64,000 nucleotides of DNA from Escherichia phage UE-S1. The stretch is from sequence record ON568341.1; one strand, 5' to 3'. Numbering within the stretch: position 1 is the first letter of the stretch; each line of letters starts with the position of its first letter. Below the pieces are notes generated by a model that was not told the origin of the DNA, did no database searches, and worked only from the letters and a program-made list of their open reading frames with translations. The translations under genes were made by a program, and so were the position numbers. Shown here piece by piece: positions 36,345 through 46,786 of this stretch.

Positions 36345-37024
36345 TGAAAAAGAAATTAAATGAACAGGGATTACGCCCACAGGTTCTTAAAGACTTGATT
36401 CATCCTATTATTAGTGTTGATGAATATACTCCTAAAATTGAGGATAGTAATATTGTTATTATGTTCCAAGTTCTAAATAATTTTGATGCCGCATACGATT
36501 TATCTTCTTTTATTGAAAAATCACCAATTGATGCAATCGATACAGAAGCAGCAGAAACTCCTAATTTGGACGGTCGATATCAAGTTTATGTTGAAATGGA
36601 ACGCAATGCGGAGTTCCCTGAAAAACTATTACGTTTAATCAAAACCATTGAAAACATTTGTCCAGACCCTGGTTGGAAAATCCAACTATATGGTGTTAAT
36701 GATCCCATTGATGTTGATTTTGACGAAATACAGCAGAGAATTGATTTAGGTATTCCGAGTACAATTAGTGAGTTTCTTGACTATGCAGGAGTTTCTGCAA
36801 TTAAAGAAGGTAATATGTTGACACTAAAAACTGCATATGGTAAATTACATTATAGTTCTGGAAGTGGGTTTGTTTCGGAAACATATGTTAAAAAGTTATT
36901 AAAAAGTGATACACAATTGGATACATCACGTCTAAGTTCTATTTTAGGTGAAAGTTATACAGTTCTACGTAGTGGTGATCAATATGTGATTGGGAGAAAT
37001 GGGAAGTATTTGGTGTTGCGATGA
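36344..37024 (+). CDS. hypothetical protein (226 aa)
   Basis: ORF with ATGA overlap to upstream gene. Confidence 0.5.
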   Translation: MKKKLNEQGLRPQVLKDLIHPIISVDEYTPKIEDSNIVIMFQVLNNFDAAYDLSSFIEKSPIDAIDTEAAETPNLDGRYQVYVEMERNAEFPEKLLRLIKTIENICPDPGWKIQLYGVNDPIDVDFDEIQQRIDLGIPSTISEFLDYAGVSAIKEGNMLTLKTAYGKLHYSSGSGFVSETYVKKLLKSDTQLDTSRLSSILGESYTVLRSGDQYVIGRNGKYLVLR

Positions 37025-37839
37025 GAATTTTAAATATGCTTAAATCTCTTCACGAAACAACGAAATTACATCATGATGAAAAATATCGTCGCAGTCTTAC
37101 AAAAGATTTAGCATGTCGAATGTATATGCGTAGATTCGAAATTTCTAGAATTGGCAAAGGGTGGGACGATGTAAATCGTGAAGATATTGATCCAGATGCA
37201 ATTTTTAAAGCATACATGGCTAGAAAAGTTTTCATAAATGAAAAAACTTTTTATATTGATAGTGATAGAGAATTAGAAAATAAATTTACAAAAGGTTTAT
37301 GGAAGATATGGTGTGTTGAAGTATTCGGTGAAGTATTACCTGAGCCACCTGTTCCAGAAACTTATAAAGATTTAAAAATTATTTTTGATAATGAACATAT
37401 ACATTCAAATTTTTCATTATATGATACTGTATCAGAAGCTGTATTTTATGGTGAGTTACATGGACATAACAAATACTTTAATAGTATGGTGAGTTTTGAT
37501 TTGTTTTGTCACTTACCTGGTGTATCAAGTTGGACTTGTGATCAATACAGAGCAAGTAAGTATGATAAGCGAAAATTCTCAGCACAAAGATTTATGCAAG
37601 TTGCTATGAGTATGTACAAGCTTGATTATCTAGGTTGTCCAGAGCCATATAAACATTTTTGGAAAGAAAGAGCACAAAAATGTTTAAACTATTGTATAAT
37701 TCGTTTAATGAACACATACATTCTTAAGTTTAGAAATGCAACTGTATACGACATGCCTGAACCACCAAAGAATGAAAAATATCCTCCAGTCAAAACATTT
37801 GTATGGTACAAGGATAAAAGTAACAAAAGGATGCACTAA
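37021..37839 (+). CDS. hypothetical protein (272 aa)
   Basis: ORF; start overlaps upstream stop. Confidence 0.5.
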   Translation: MRILNMLKSLHETTKLHHDEKYRRSLTKDLACRMYMRRFEISRIGKGWDDVNREDIDPDAIFKAYMARKVFINEKTFYIDSDRELENKFTKGLWKIWCVEVFGEVLPEPPVPETYKDLKIIFDNEHIHSNFSLYDTVSEAVFYGELHGHNKYFNSMVSFDLFCHLPGVSSWTCDQYRASKYDKRKFSAQRFMQVAMSMYKLDYLGCPEPYKHFWKERAQKCLNYCIIRLMNTYILKFRNATVYDMPEPPKNEKYPPVKTFVWYKDKSNKRMH

Positions 37840-37855
37840 GGTGTGTCCTTTTTTT
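37829..37855 (+). terminator. candidate intrinsic terminator
   Basis: Imperfect hairpin GGATGCACtaagGTGTGTCC followed by TTTTTTT. Confidence 0.5.
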
Positions 37856-37936
37856 CTTTTTAGGTGTTGACATGTGTAGTGGAAGGATGTACAATAACTA
37901 TATCGAGTGCATTTTAATTGATTATGAGGTTTTATA

Positions 37937-39064
37937 ATGAAAGGTAAATATTTTTTCATTGAAAATGGGAAAGAAGTTGAGATTCAAGAATTTAACTATA
38001 ATTATGTACTGAATTCTTTATTGAAACAATATGACCGTTCATCAAACAAAAAATACATTTACAACGTGATAGTTCGTCGTACATATGACTCATTGGGTAA
38101 TCCGTCATTTGATGTAAAAACATTGGCATTGGATGAAATCTATTTTGATAATAAACGATTAAAAGTTCTTGATTTAATGAAGGATAAAATTCATTTTAGT
38201 AATGTTAAAATTGATCCGAACATGCCAGTACCGCCACTAGAGCGTGAATATCGTGAATGGAAAGAAGGTCGTTCTAAACCACGTTTAGATATGGTACAAA
38301 CATCACCAAATGTACCTGCACCTATTGTTCTTAAGAAAAAACCTATCAAACCAGACGATAGCAGAATTGCTGACATTGAAAAATGGGTTGAATTCCCTAG
38401 TAATATTGAAAAGAATTCAGTAAAAGTACTAGACTGGTTTGTAAACTTACCAGTTTGTGCACAAGAAATTGGAACTAAGATTCAACAAATTTCAGAACGT
38501 CAATTGGATCTTAATTCAGCATTACAACAGCATAGTGATTATATCCGAATGCTTATGAATAATCTTACAGTTGCTTTGGAGTCTTTGTTTCCATTGAAGC
38601 CAACTTTTACGCAAAAATTGTTTGGTAAAACTGATATCAAAGTACAGCCATCAGATTTACCAAAAGTAATGAAAGCACTAAATGATGCAGTTAAGTATGA
38701 CACTAATAAGTTTAGTGGTCTTAGTACTATGTTTTCAGAACTAAGAAACGAAGTTCATGTAATCAAAAATGAACTTGAATATGGAAAGTTGGGGTGTGAA
38801 TATGCACTACGTCGTGTGGATGATGCGTTTGAATATGAATTAACGTTAGAACGTATTATGAAAATGGGAATCACTACATCCATGACTGAAACGAGCATTA
38901 TTGCAACAAGTAAGCAATATCAAGTTGATATGAATCGTATGGTAGATATTCAAACGATTACTATCCCTTTGATTATCAATCGTTTACAATCACAGACAGG
39001 TAAAGCAGTAGATGAGGATACTGTAGAAATTATTCGTAATCTGGCATATGGTAACAAAGAGTAA
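37937..39064 (+). CDS. hypothetical protein (375 aa)
   Basis: ORF in track. Confidence 0.5.
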   Translation: MKGKYFFIENGKEVEIQEFNYNYVLNSLLKQYDRSSNKKYIYNVIVRRTYDSLGNPSFDVKTLALDEIYFDNKRLKVLDLMKDKIHFSNVKIDPNMPVPPLEREYREWKEGRSKPRLDMVQTSPNVPAPIVLKKKPIKPDDSRIADIEKWVEFPSNIEKNSVKVLDWFVNLPVCAQEIGTKIQQISERQLDLNSALQQHSDYIRMLMNNLTVALESLFPLKPTFTQKLFGKTDIKVQPSDLPKVMKALNDAVKYDTNKFSGLSTMFSELRNEVHVIKNELEYGKLGCEYALRRVDDAFEYELTLERIMKMGITTSMTETSIIATSKQYQVDMNRMVDIQTITIPLIINRLQSQTGKAVDEDTVEIIRNLAYGNKE

Positions 39065-39072
39065 AAAAATAC

Positions 39073-39101
39073 TTGACTAGCATCTGTGCTGCACGTATAA
39101 T
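39073..39101 (+). promoter_or_regulatory. sigma70-type promoter (TTGACT-17-TATAAT) with flanking inverted repeat
   Basis: TTGACT 39073-39078, TATAAT 39096-39101; TGTGCTGC (39085-39092) and GCAGCACA (39114-39121) bracket the -10. Confidence 0.55.
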
Positions 39102-39149
39102 GTTTATCACAAAGCAGCACATCATATTAAATTACACGAGGAATACTAA

Positions 39150-40286
39150 ATGTCCGAGAAAGAAATCAATCCAAAAAAAGCATCTACCGCAGCTAAAACT
39201 ACAAAACGTTCTACCAAAACTGCATCTAAAGGGCATACCATTGATGCAAGTGATATTTTTAACCAAACTACAAAATCACTCCCAGTACTGAAAGATGTTA
39301 AGGGTAATACTATGTCTCTAACAGTTCAAAACATCAACACTGTTGGTACAACTGCTGGTGCTGCTGTTGGACGATTAGCTGATGAAATCATGTCTAAAGT
39401 TAATGTAACTGATGACAATACAGAGTTTGGAAAATCAATCACAACAATTCTTACATTGACTCGTGCAGTTGATATTGACAGTCTTCAAGAAGATAAATCA
39501 ATTGTGGGGCGTATTAAGAAATTTTTTGTTAATGCTCAGCAGAAAGTTGGTGATCAGTACAAAAATAGCAAAGAGCAAATTGATGAAATCATGAAAACTC
39601 TTCAAACTGGTATTAATCGCCAGCACGGAGAGTGTGAATGGCTTGATAAAGCATATAATGAAAACAAAGAATATTTGTTTGAATTACGTGATACATTAGT
39701 TGGTTTAGAAGAAGTAACGAAATCGCAAGATGCATTGTTAGCAGAAATGCAAGCAGACAAAAATGTAGACTCTTTTGCTATTCAAGAGCAGAAGATGATT
39801 TGTGAAGCACTTTCTAAACAAGAAGATAAGATTCGTCGTCTTATTATGATGTGTGAACTAAGTGGCCCACGTCTGATGAGTATGAAAAAAGTAAACTTGA
39901 ACACTGTTTCTAAGTTTGAAGATTTAAAATCTGTTGTTATTCCAGCATGGAAGTCTCAATTGGCTGAACAGTTGATTTCCGAGCGTCAACGTAAGGATAA
40001 TGAACTGGGAAATCTAATTGATAATGAGACAAACCGTCTTTTAGAAACTAATTCTAAAATGGTTGCAGCAAATATGTTGGATGCAGCAAAGGCAAACAAC
40101 CGTGGTATTGTGGATATTAAAACTTTGCGTAATGTACATAAAACAATGATTGACAGCATTGAAGCAGTTATTGAAGAAGAGAAAAAAGGTAAATTGGAAC
40201 GTGAACGTGCTAAACAGGAAATTGCACAACTTTCCTATGAACTTGAAGACACCCTTCGTGAAATTGCCGAAAAAGCTAACAAGTAA
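39150..40286 (+). CDS. hypothetical protein, predicted largely alpha-helical (378 aa)
   Basis: ORF with RBS AGGAAT; Lys/Thr-rich N-terminus, heptad-like charged stretches. Confidence 0.5.
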   Translation: MSEKEINPKKASTAAKTTKRSTKTASKGHTIDASDIFNQTTKSLPVLKDVKGNTMSLTVQNINTVGTTAGAAVGRLADEIMSKVNVTDDNTEFGKSITTILTLTRAVDIDSLQEDKSIVGRIKKFFVNAQQKVGDQYKNSKEQIDEIMKTLQTGINRQHGECEWLDKAYNENKEYLFELRDTLVGLEEVTKSQDALLAEMQADKNVDSFAIQEQKMICEALSKQEDKIRRLIMMCELSGPRLMSMKKVNLNTVSKFEDLKSVVIPAWKSQLAEQLISERQRKDNELGNLIDNETNRLLETNSKMVAANMLDAAKANNRGIVDIKTLRNVHKTMIDSIEAVIEEEKKGKLERERAKQEIAQLSYELEDTLREIAEKANK

Positions 40287-40289
40287 TAG

Positions 40290-40318
40290 TTGACATATGA
40301 GTGCGTTTTTCATATAAT
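40290..40318 (+). promoter_or_regulatory. consensus promoter (TTGACA-17-TATAAT) overlapping a terminator-like hairpin
   Basis: TTGACA 40290-40295, TATAAT 40313-40318; GTGCGTTTTT (40301-40310) and AAAACGCAC (40328-40337) followed by TTTTTT. Confidence 0.55.
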
Positions 40319-40367
40319 AATCTTATTGAAAACGCACTTTTTTAATGTACATATAAGGAACGGACAT

Positions 40368-41057
40368 ATGAAACGTCGTCATATTAGTGTTGATATTGAA
40401 GCTCTTGGGACTCCTGAACTTTCAGGTTATGATATTATTATTCCAAATTATGCCGCAGTTGTGGTTCCAAGTAAACCTGAAAATGACATTCATCAGTTCT
40501 TATATATTAAATTGCCATATCAGGATCAAGTTGCTGCTGGTTTAAAATCAGATGCAGGTGCAATGGATTTTTGGATGAATACATGTCAGAAAGAATACTC
40601 CAATGCATATGCTGAAGTTGCCAGTACTATGAAACTCAAAGCACCGGAACTGTATGGACCGAATGGTCAATCACGACGATTTTTCGCATACAGTAGTATT
40701 GTTGATTTCTGGAAAGAATTACGTTACAATGATTATGGCGAAGAAGTCCCTCATTCAGTCTGGGGTAACGGGTGTAATTTCGATTGTAGTATTTTACAAG
40801 CAAATCATTTAAAATTAATGAACACTGGAGAGTTGTGGAAGTATGATGCACCTGAAAATGCACGCACGTTGAAACGCTTACTAAATGAAGAAGCTCGTAT
40901 TGAAATGGATGAAATAGTTTCGGTACAATTAGCTAAATTTGTCACATATGCAAACAAGTGTGGGATTAATGGGTTGGAGTTGCACCACCCACTGTTTGAT
41001 GCAGCACGTGAAGCAATCCAGATTTCATTTTGTCTAAACAAGCTTAAAATGGATTAA
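40368..41057 (+). CDS. DEDDh-type 3'-5' exonuclease (DnaQ-like; T4 DexA-like candidate)
   Basis: Exo I ISVDIEALGT, Exo II WGNGCNFDCSIL, Exo III HHPLFDAAREA. Confidence 0.6.
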   Translation: MKRRHISVDIEALGTPELSGYDIIIPNYAAVVVPSKPENDIHQFLYIKLPYQDQVAAGLKSDAGAMDFWMNTCQKEYSNAYAEVASTMKLKAPELYGPNGQSRRFFAYSSIVDFWKELRYNDYGEEVPHSVWGNGCNFDCSILQANHLKLMNTGELWKYDAPENARTLKRLLNEEARIEMDEIVSVQLAKFVTYANKCGINGLELHHPLFDAAREAIQISFCLNKLKMD

Positions 41058-41060
41058 TAC

Positions 41061-42155
41061 ATGAATTTCATTATTCTGTTAATACCTGCTCTAATCGTCG
41101 TATTCGTTATGAAATACATGTATGATAAGCACATCAGTACTAAAGAATTGATGATTCATATTGGTTGTTGTGTATTAGGTGCTGCTCTTGTACTTGGGAT
41201 TTCATATGCAATTAATTATAGCCAACTATATGATGTAGAGATTTTAAATGGACAAGTAACATCAAAATATAACCATAAAGAAATTTGTACACAATCAAGT
41301 TCATGTAAGCACTATACATGGCATGAGAAGTGTCACACACGATATGATAGCAAAGGTAAATCACATCGTGAGTGTGAATCATATAAAGTGTTTGATTACT
41401 CATATGAAGTTGATTGGTATGTGAAAAGTACAGTGGGTGTATTTGTGATTGAACGTGTAAACCGTCAAGGTACAATGACACCACCACGTTGGCAGCAAGT
41501 TATGATTGGTGACTATGCCGCAGCAGAGAGTTCATATATCAACTATCTATTTGCTGATAAGAACTCATTGTTTAGCCCAGAAGAAATACACAACATATAT
41601 GATGAAAAGTATCTTAGCACTATTCCAGAATACCCAAGTGTAGTTGATTATTACAAAACACATCATGTAATTAACACTACAAATTACAACGTTGATGGTT
41701 ACGATGAATATCTTCGTAATGTGCTAAAAACGATGGGTGCACGTAAACAGGTAAACATCCAAGTTCTGGTGTATAATTACAAAGATAGTGACTTTGTTGC
41801 TGCAACTCTTGCAAAGTGGCGTGGTGGCAAGAAGAATGATGTTATTATGTTCTTTGGTATTGATAATGATGGTAACGTTGTTAAATTCAACAGTACCTCA
41901 TTTGCACAAGGTATGAAGAATGAAGATTTACATGCAAAGATGCGTATTGATGCATTAAATGAAAAATTAACTCTTGACTTATTAACCAAAGAAGTGCATA
42001 ATATTGATACACAATTCGAGAGACTCTCTAATAAAGAGTTTGAGTACTTATCAGTAAAAATGGAACCTAGAAAAGATGTTCTTATTGGTGCTTCCATTGT
42101 ATTGTTGATTCTGTCTATTTTCATTGGCCTTTATATGAGGGATAACAAGTTATGA
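41061..42155 (+). CDS. membrane protein with N- and C-terminal TM helices (364 aa)
   Basis: Hydrophobic N-terminus FIILLIPALIVVFV and C-terminus LIGASIVLLILSIFIGLY; Cys/His-rich stretch between. Confidence 0.5.
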   Translation: MNFIILLIPALIVVFVMKYMYDKHISTKELMIHIGCCVLGAALVLGISYAINYSQLYDVEILNGQVTSKYNHKEICTQSSSCKHYTWHEKCHTRYDSKGKSHRECESYKVFDYSYEVDWYVKSTVGVFVIERVNRQGTMTPPRWQQVMIGDYAAAESSYINYLFADKNSLFSPEEIHNIYDEKYLSTIPEYPSVVDYYKTHHVINTTNYNVDGYDEYLRNVLKTMGARKQVNIQVLVYNYKDSDFVAATLAKWRGGKKNDVIMFFGIDNDGNVVKFNSTSFAQGMKNEDLHAKMRIDALNEKLTLDLLTKEVHNIDTQFERLSNKEFEYLSVKMEPRKDVLIGASIVLLILSIFIGLYMRDNKL

Positions 42156-42706
42156 ATGGTAAAATTTATGCGTTGATTGGTATTGTCGTTATTGTATGTC
42201 TGGTGATGATTGGTGCTGTCAGTATGTATGTTGATACACATGACCGTGCAGTTGAATTCGAGGGTAACATTAAAAAGTACCATGACGCGTCTGAAAGCCA
42301 ACTAAGCACCTACACTCTTACCATTCAAGAAAAAGTACAAGTTTCTGATAAGTACAAAGATGCATTGAAAGAAACAATTGAATCATACTTTAAAGGACGT
42401 GATGGGGTTGATCAGAAATTTGTAATGTCACAGATCCAACAACAAGTTCCAAATCTCGATCCTAAGATTTATCAGGAACTAATGGCTACAATTGAATCAG
42501 GGAGAAATAAGTTCAACAATCTTCAGAAAATGAAAATTGATCAGTGTACTGATTATGCAAAGTTCCGTAAAGGTTTTTGGAATTCCAGAGTTCTTGATGA
42601 AAGTATTTTTCCAGGTAAAGAAATTGAACATCTATGTACTGTAGTTTCTGATGTACGTACTAAGAAAGCAATGGATACTGGTATTCAAGAAGTAATTAAA
42701 CTATAA
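42152..42706 (+). CDS. N-terminally membrane-anchored protein (184 aa)
   Basis: Single N-terminal TM helix IYALIGIVVIVCLVMIGAV; ATGA overlap with upstream membrane protein. Confidence 0.5.
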   Translation: MNGKIYALIGIVVIVCLVMIGAVSMYVDTHDRAVEFEGNIKKYHDASESQLSTYTLTIQEKVQVSDKYKDALKETIESYFKGRDGVDQKFVMSQIQQQVPNLDPKIYQELMATIESGRNKFNNLQKMKIDQCTDYAKFRKGFWNSRVLDESIFPGKEIEHLCTVVSDVRTKKAMDTGIQEVIKL

Positions 42707-42715
42707 TTAAATGTT

Positions 42716-42740
42716 GGGAGTACTTTGTACTCCCCTTTTC
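42716..42740 (+). terminator. intrinsic terminator
   Basis: GGGAGTACtttGTACTCCC followed by CTTTTC. Confidence 0.65.
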
Positions 42741-42753
42741 TATAGGATGTTCT

Positions 42754-43341
42754 ATGTTTTTAAAAAATACTTATGAATTAATTAAAATGATTCAGCACAT
42801 GACGACAGGTGGTTTGTTCCCCTATTACTCTGAGGATGAAACACATCGTTTAGAACTTAAATTAGATGAAACTGGACGTATTATATCATTAAGAACACCA
42901 GTCCCCAGTGTAGAAACAGTAATTACGCAATCAACTCAAAATTCAGGAACTGCTGTTAAAACACCACAAACATACAACCCTAATTACCCACAACCCCAAA
43001 TGTACACGATTAGTACTCCACCTATTAAACGAGTTGCTTGTATTGTTAATATAAAAGTATCTAAGGACTATCGTGACTTAATATCAGTTGAATGGGCAGA
43101 ACTAACATCATCATTAACAAACAATGGACTTGTAGTAACAAATGCCGGTATAATGCACAACAAAAAAGAAGGACAGCAGATAATGAGTGCGTTATATCTT
43201 AGTAATGGTTATGTTATTATCAATGGTAAATTGTATAGCGATGATGACTCCACTGCATTCACTGAAGATTTGGTTGGTGAAAAAGAATACAGCATTCTTG
43301 AAATTATGAATTTAAAAAAGGTGTATGAAAACCATGATTAG
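42754..43341 (+). CDS. hypothetical protein (195 aa)
   Basis: ORF in track; start uncertain. Confidence 0.45.
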   Translation: MFLKNTYELIKMIQHMTTGGLFPYYSEDETHRLELKLDETGRIISLRTPVPSVETVITQSTQNSGTAVKTPQTYNPNYPQPQMYTISTPPIKRVACIVNIKVSKDYRDLISVEWAELTSSLTNNGLVVTNAGIMHNKKEGQQIMSALYLSNGYVIINGKLYSDDDSTAFTEDLVGEKEYSILEIMNLKKVYENHD

Positions 43342-43906
43342 ATTTCATCAAGATGATTTGCCATTTATTCAAGAACTAGAAGAACAGGTAATAAGTATTA
43401 TGGATGAAATTAGTACTTGGGATATAACAGTTTTTCGAAAGGTATATGATAAAGTGGTGAATTTTAAAAATGTTAATATTGAAGTAAAACATAATAATTT
43501 TTACTTAACAAAACAATTCATTCTAACTCGTCCCGGAACAAAGCAAGTTAAGCGTAATTTGTCGTTTGGACACTTAGTTGGTGCAGAACAGGTGAATGAG
43601 GACTGGATTGATTCCATCTATTCGTACACAAAAGAACTTATACCTGATATTGAGAAAAGATACTATCTTAGTATCACATTAGATGAAAATGGAAATCTTA
43701 ATGCATATTCAATAAATTCGTCGTCAAATGTTCCATTACATTCAATGACGATTGGTGACAAAAAAATACTAATAAATTCTGAAACATGGTACAATCGAGA
43801 AAATTTCGCAGCAGAATCATTTCAGTACTCTGTATCGGAACCGAAGTCACCTTTTGATTTAGTGTTTGTAAATAATATTATTTTGCGTTTTGGTGTAGGA
43901 GTGTAA
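43325..43906 (+). CDS. hypothetical protein (193 aa)
   Basis: ORF in track; start uncertain. Confidence 0.45.
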   Translation: MKTMIRFHQDDLPFIQELEEQVISIMDEISTWDITVFRKVYDKVVNFKNVNIEVKHNNFYLTKQFILTRPGTKQVKRNLSFGHLVGAEQVNEDWIDSIYSYTKELIPDIEKRYYLSITLDENGNLNAYSINSSSNVPLHSMTIGDKKILINSETWYNRENFAAESFQYSVSEPKSPFDLVFVNNIILRFGVGV

Positions 43907-43910
43907 ATTT

Positions 43911-44264
43911 ATGCTAATTTGTTTAAGTGTTGTAGTGGTTTCATTACTTGTCTCATTCGTTGTTCTTAAAATTGTTGCTATTTGTAGAAGTAAGATTGAT
44001 TGTACTGAAACTAGTTCAGTACTTGACTTGATTCTTGATTATCCAAAAAGATGTGGGGTGATTGTATTAGTTGTTCTTATCATGAATACATATATTATCA
44101 GAGGACATTTATATAATATGTATGATTGTAGTATTCGTTCCATTTCACAAGGTGTTGACACAGACTATAGTTGGTATTATGAAAAATGTCGATTCAAAAA
44201 CCAACATGGTATTTGGGTTGATTTTGATAAACTACGCGGAACACCGACAGGGGAAGAAGAATAA
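43911..44264 (+). CDS. small membrane protein (117 aa)
   Basis: N-terminal TM segment LICLSVVVVSLLVSFVVLKIVAI. Confidence 0.4.
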   Translation: MLICLSVVVVSLLVSFVVLKIVAICRSKIDCTETSSVLDLILDYPKRCGVIVLVVLIMNTYIIRGHLYNMYDCSIRSISQGVDTDYSWYYEKCRFKNQHGIWVDFDKLRGTPTGEEE

Positions 44265-44266
44265 TC

Positions 44267-44758
44267 ATGTTTGAATTTCCTGAAGAGTCATTCAATTTTA
44301 TTGACCCTACAGATGATGGATATCAACATATTAACATTTATAGTAAAGCTAAAACTAAGTTAGGTAGAGATCTATCTAACTTTTCTTCTCATAGCTTCAC
44401 TCTTGAACCATATGGATGGTTCCCATCGGTTGAAACATTTTATTTTTGGTTTTTGACTGGTCAAAAGCATGATGATCTTCGACGAGTATCTGGTCCAGCA
44501 GCGAAGGCGGCAGCGAACAAATATATGCATGATAGAATCGAAATGACCGATGAATGTATTTCTATTATACAAGATGCAATTTGTGCCAAGATAATTCAAA
44601 ATCCAGAGTTAGCTGAAAGATTAAGAAAAAGTTCTTTACCATTTTACCATTACTACGTATATGGTGGAAAAGTGGTTGATGTGTCCGACGAACATGACTG
44701 GTTTGTAAAAACATTTGAATATATAAGAACTGCATTAAAGGAAATCCATAATGGGTAA
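44267..44758 (+). CDS. hypothetical protein (163 aa)
   Basis: ORF in track. Confidence 0.45.
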   Translation: MFEFPEESFNFIDPTDDGYQHINIYSKAKTKLGRDLSNFSSHSFTLEPYGWFPSVETFYFWFLTGQKHDDLRRVSGPAAKAAANKYMHDRIEMTDECISIIQDAICAKIIQNPELAERLRKSSLPFYHYYVYGGKVVDVSDEHDWFVKTFEYIRTALKEIHNG

Positions 44759-45029
44759 ATGTTGGGTATGTTTAAAGATGTTCGAAGAGGAATATGAAAT
44801 AACATTAGATGTATTTCAACAGCAGTACATGGTGTGCAATGGAAAATACAAACTTGATACATATCCAACCCCCAAGTACATGGGAATATGTCCTGTGTGT
44901 GATGCAAATGGTGTGTCTAATAGTGAGATTTCATTCACTAACCAAGCTACAACCAACTGTGTAGCGGAGTATATAAGAAAGAATCGAGAGTATTTTATTT
45001 GGAGATTATATGAACGACAAAATCTTTGA
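44751..45029 (+). CDS. small zinc-ribbon-like protein
   Basis: CWVC ... CPVC Cys pairs. Confidence 0.4.
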   Translation: MGKCWVCLKMFEEEYEITLDVFQQQYMVCNGKYKLDTYPTPKYMGICPVCDANGVSNSEISFTNQATTNCVAEYIRKNREYFIWRLYERQNL

Positions 45030-45240
45030 TACATATAACATCGATACTTTACTAACACCATCTGACAACAGTACTGTTAAAATGGACATGTACTGGATTG
45101 TAGTTGATAAAAAAGTGTTTAGACATAAAATTACTAAAGTTTGGCAATGTAATAAAAACAAATCTATTGTTGAAGGATTGGCACAATGCATTCCTAATGC
45201 AGAGGTATTATTTTTTCCATATGCATACACCAAGGAATAA
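45010..45240 (+). CDS. hypothetical small protein
   Basis: ORF in track. Confidence 0.35.
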   Translation: MNDKIFDTYNIDTLLTPSDNSTVKMDMYWIVVDKKVFRHKITKVWQCNKNKSIVEGLAQCIPNAEVLFFPYAYTKE

Positions 45241-45403
45241 CATGAAAAAAAGTTGGATTGTGTTGGTGATACCTGTTATAATGTTGTTATTGGCATTTTT
45301 CACTCCCTATAGTAATATATTAGCTCTTAATATAGTGGAGATGATTCTTCTTGTAATTCACTGTATCGTGTGTTATAATTATATAAAAGGTGATAAAGAA
45401 TGA
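45241..45403 (+). CDS. small hydrophobic protein
   Basis: Internal ATG of track ORF 45104-45403 (MKKSWIVLVIPVIMLLLAFF...), non-overlapping with upstream gene. Confidence 0.35.
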
Positions 45404-45822
45404 AGTTTTTTAAAATTCGAATTGGTGTAAGTTCTGGGTTATCTCATTGGGTGTTTTATGATTTACCGGATAGCTATACGGTTGATGATGTAATTGACTT
45501 ATATACAGAAGACCAACAATGGATATTCGACACCGAAACGTATCAAATTGATTGTCAAGAGATTAATGAAGATGATTACAAGCACGGGAAACAAGCAATG
45601 AAGTATTTTGAAACGAATGTCAAAATGCTTTCAGAAAATATATTTCCTGTAAAAGAATGGGCGATTTTGCTTGCGAATCCAAAAAAACCTGTTAGAATTG
45701 GTTATCCAAATTTTCATATGGTGTATAGAATGAATGATAAACGTGAGCTTAATTATCAATACGATTATGATTCATCTAAGTTTGGGGTTCTTAAACAATT
45801 TTTAAAGGCTTATCCAGTATGA
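45400..45822 (+). CDS. hypothetical protein (140 aa)
   Basis: ORF with ATGA overlap to upstream. Confidence 0.45.
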   Translation: MKFFKIRIGVSSGLSHWVFYDLPDSYTVDDVIDLYTEDQQWIFDTETYQIDCQEINEDDYKHGKQAMKYFETNVKMLSENIFPVKEWAILLANPKKPVRIGYPNFHMVYRMNDKRELNYQYDYDSSKFGVLKQFLKAYPV

Positions 45823-46154
45823 GTGAAGATAGTAAAGAGTATATTTTACGTTGTTCTTGTGGCGATAAAATGGAGCATTGCGTTCACATTGCACAATTTG
45901 ACTTGACTGAGGAATATGGAGATGATAAACTTGGTCAATGTCTTATTAGTATGCGTTTAAATCCTTTTTTAAAATGGTATAAACGTGTATGGGTGGCAGT
46001 AAAGTACATTTTTGGCGTAAACGACTATCAATACGTAGAAGCAACAATTGATGTTGACATTCTAAAAGATGTTGTGATACAATTAGAAGATACTCGTTCT
46101 GATGAGGTTAAGAAAGAAGAAAGAGAAAAACGTACTGATGTGAAGGTTTTATGA
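45819..46154 (+). CDS. hypothetical protein (111 aa)
   Basis: ORF with ATGA overlap to upstream. Confidence 0.4.
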   Translation: MSEDSKEYILRCSCGDKMEHCVHIAQFDLTEEYGDDKLGQCLISMRLNPFLKWYKRVWVAVKYIFGVNDYQYVEATIDVDILKDVVIQLEDTRSDEVKKEEREKRTDVKVL

Positions 46155-46345
46155 GTACTGAACTTTATGAAAAAAAGTACTGTACAAATTGTTCAACTGA
46201 GTATACAATACAAGGTATGTTAATTTGTACAATATGTCAATCAAAGCAATCAGCCACGTTTATCGTTGATGATAGATTTGGCGATTTAAAACAGTTTAAA
46301 GCAAACCGCAATCTTCGTATTTTTAGCAATCTAAATAAGGAATAA
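46151..46345 (+). CDS. small zinc-ribbon-like protein
   Basis: CTNC ... CTIC Cys pairs. Confidence 0.4.
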   Translation: MSTELYEKKYCTNCSTEYTIQGMLICTICQSKQSATFIVDDRFGDLKQFKANRNLRIFSNLNKE

Positions 46346-46348
46346 TAT

Positions 46349-46777
46349 ATGAATATCGAACAAACTATCCGTAATCATTCTTTCTTCGCACCAGAAACTG
46401 GTCGTGTTATCGAGAATATCAAAATTGAAGAACTCATGATTAATGTTAAATACAAAGAACTAAATGATGAGATTAGTAGTACCATTTGTGCTCTACGTGC
46501 ACCATTCCGAGACGAAAAAGCCAAAAAACCAGCATATGTTCTTGCAATTGCACTAGGGTGTGTCGTTAAACTGGCAGTTGATGAAAATATTATCAACATC
46601 AAAGTCGCACCAAGTAATGACGAAGATAACATTGATTTGAACTTCGATGGTAATCTTGATGAAGATGTATTTTTCCAACAATCACTTGTTTATGATTTCC
46701 GCACAGTTACACATTCTCATATCAACTTCGTCAATGAAATGGTTGATATTGTGGCGAAATATGAAGAATCACTATAA
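46349..46777 (+). CDS. member of FQxST-motif paralog family
   Basis: C-terminal DEDVFFQQSLVYDF motif shared with 12 other ORFs. Confidence 0.5.
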   Translation: MNIEQTIRNHSFFAPETGRVIENIKIEELMINVKYKELNDEISSTICALRAPFRDEKAKKPAYVLAIALGCVVKLAVDENIINIKVAPSNDEDNIDLNFDGNLDEDVFFQQSLVYDFRTVTHSHINFVNEMVDIVAKYEESL

Positions 46778-46786
46778 GTAAATATA

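Noticed and set aside
39150-40286. 378-aa alpha-helical protein as a TelA-like or scaffold protein
   Set aside because: Only size and helical character match; no diagnostic motif could be read, so left as hypothetical.
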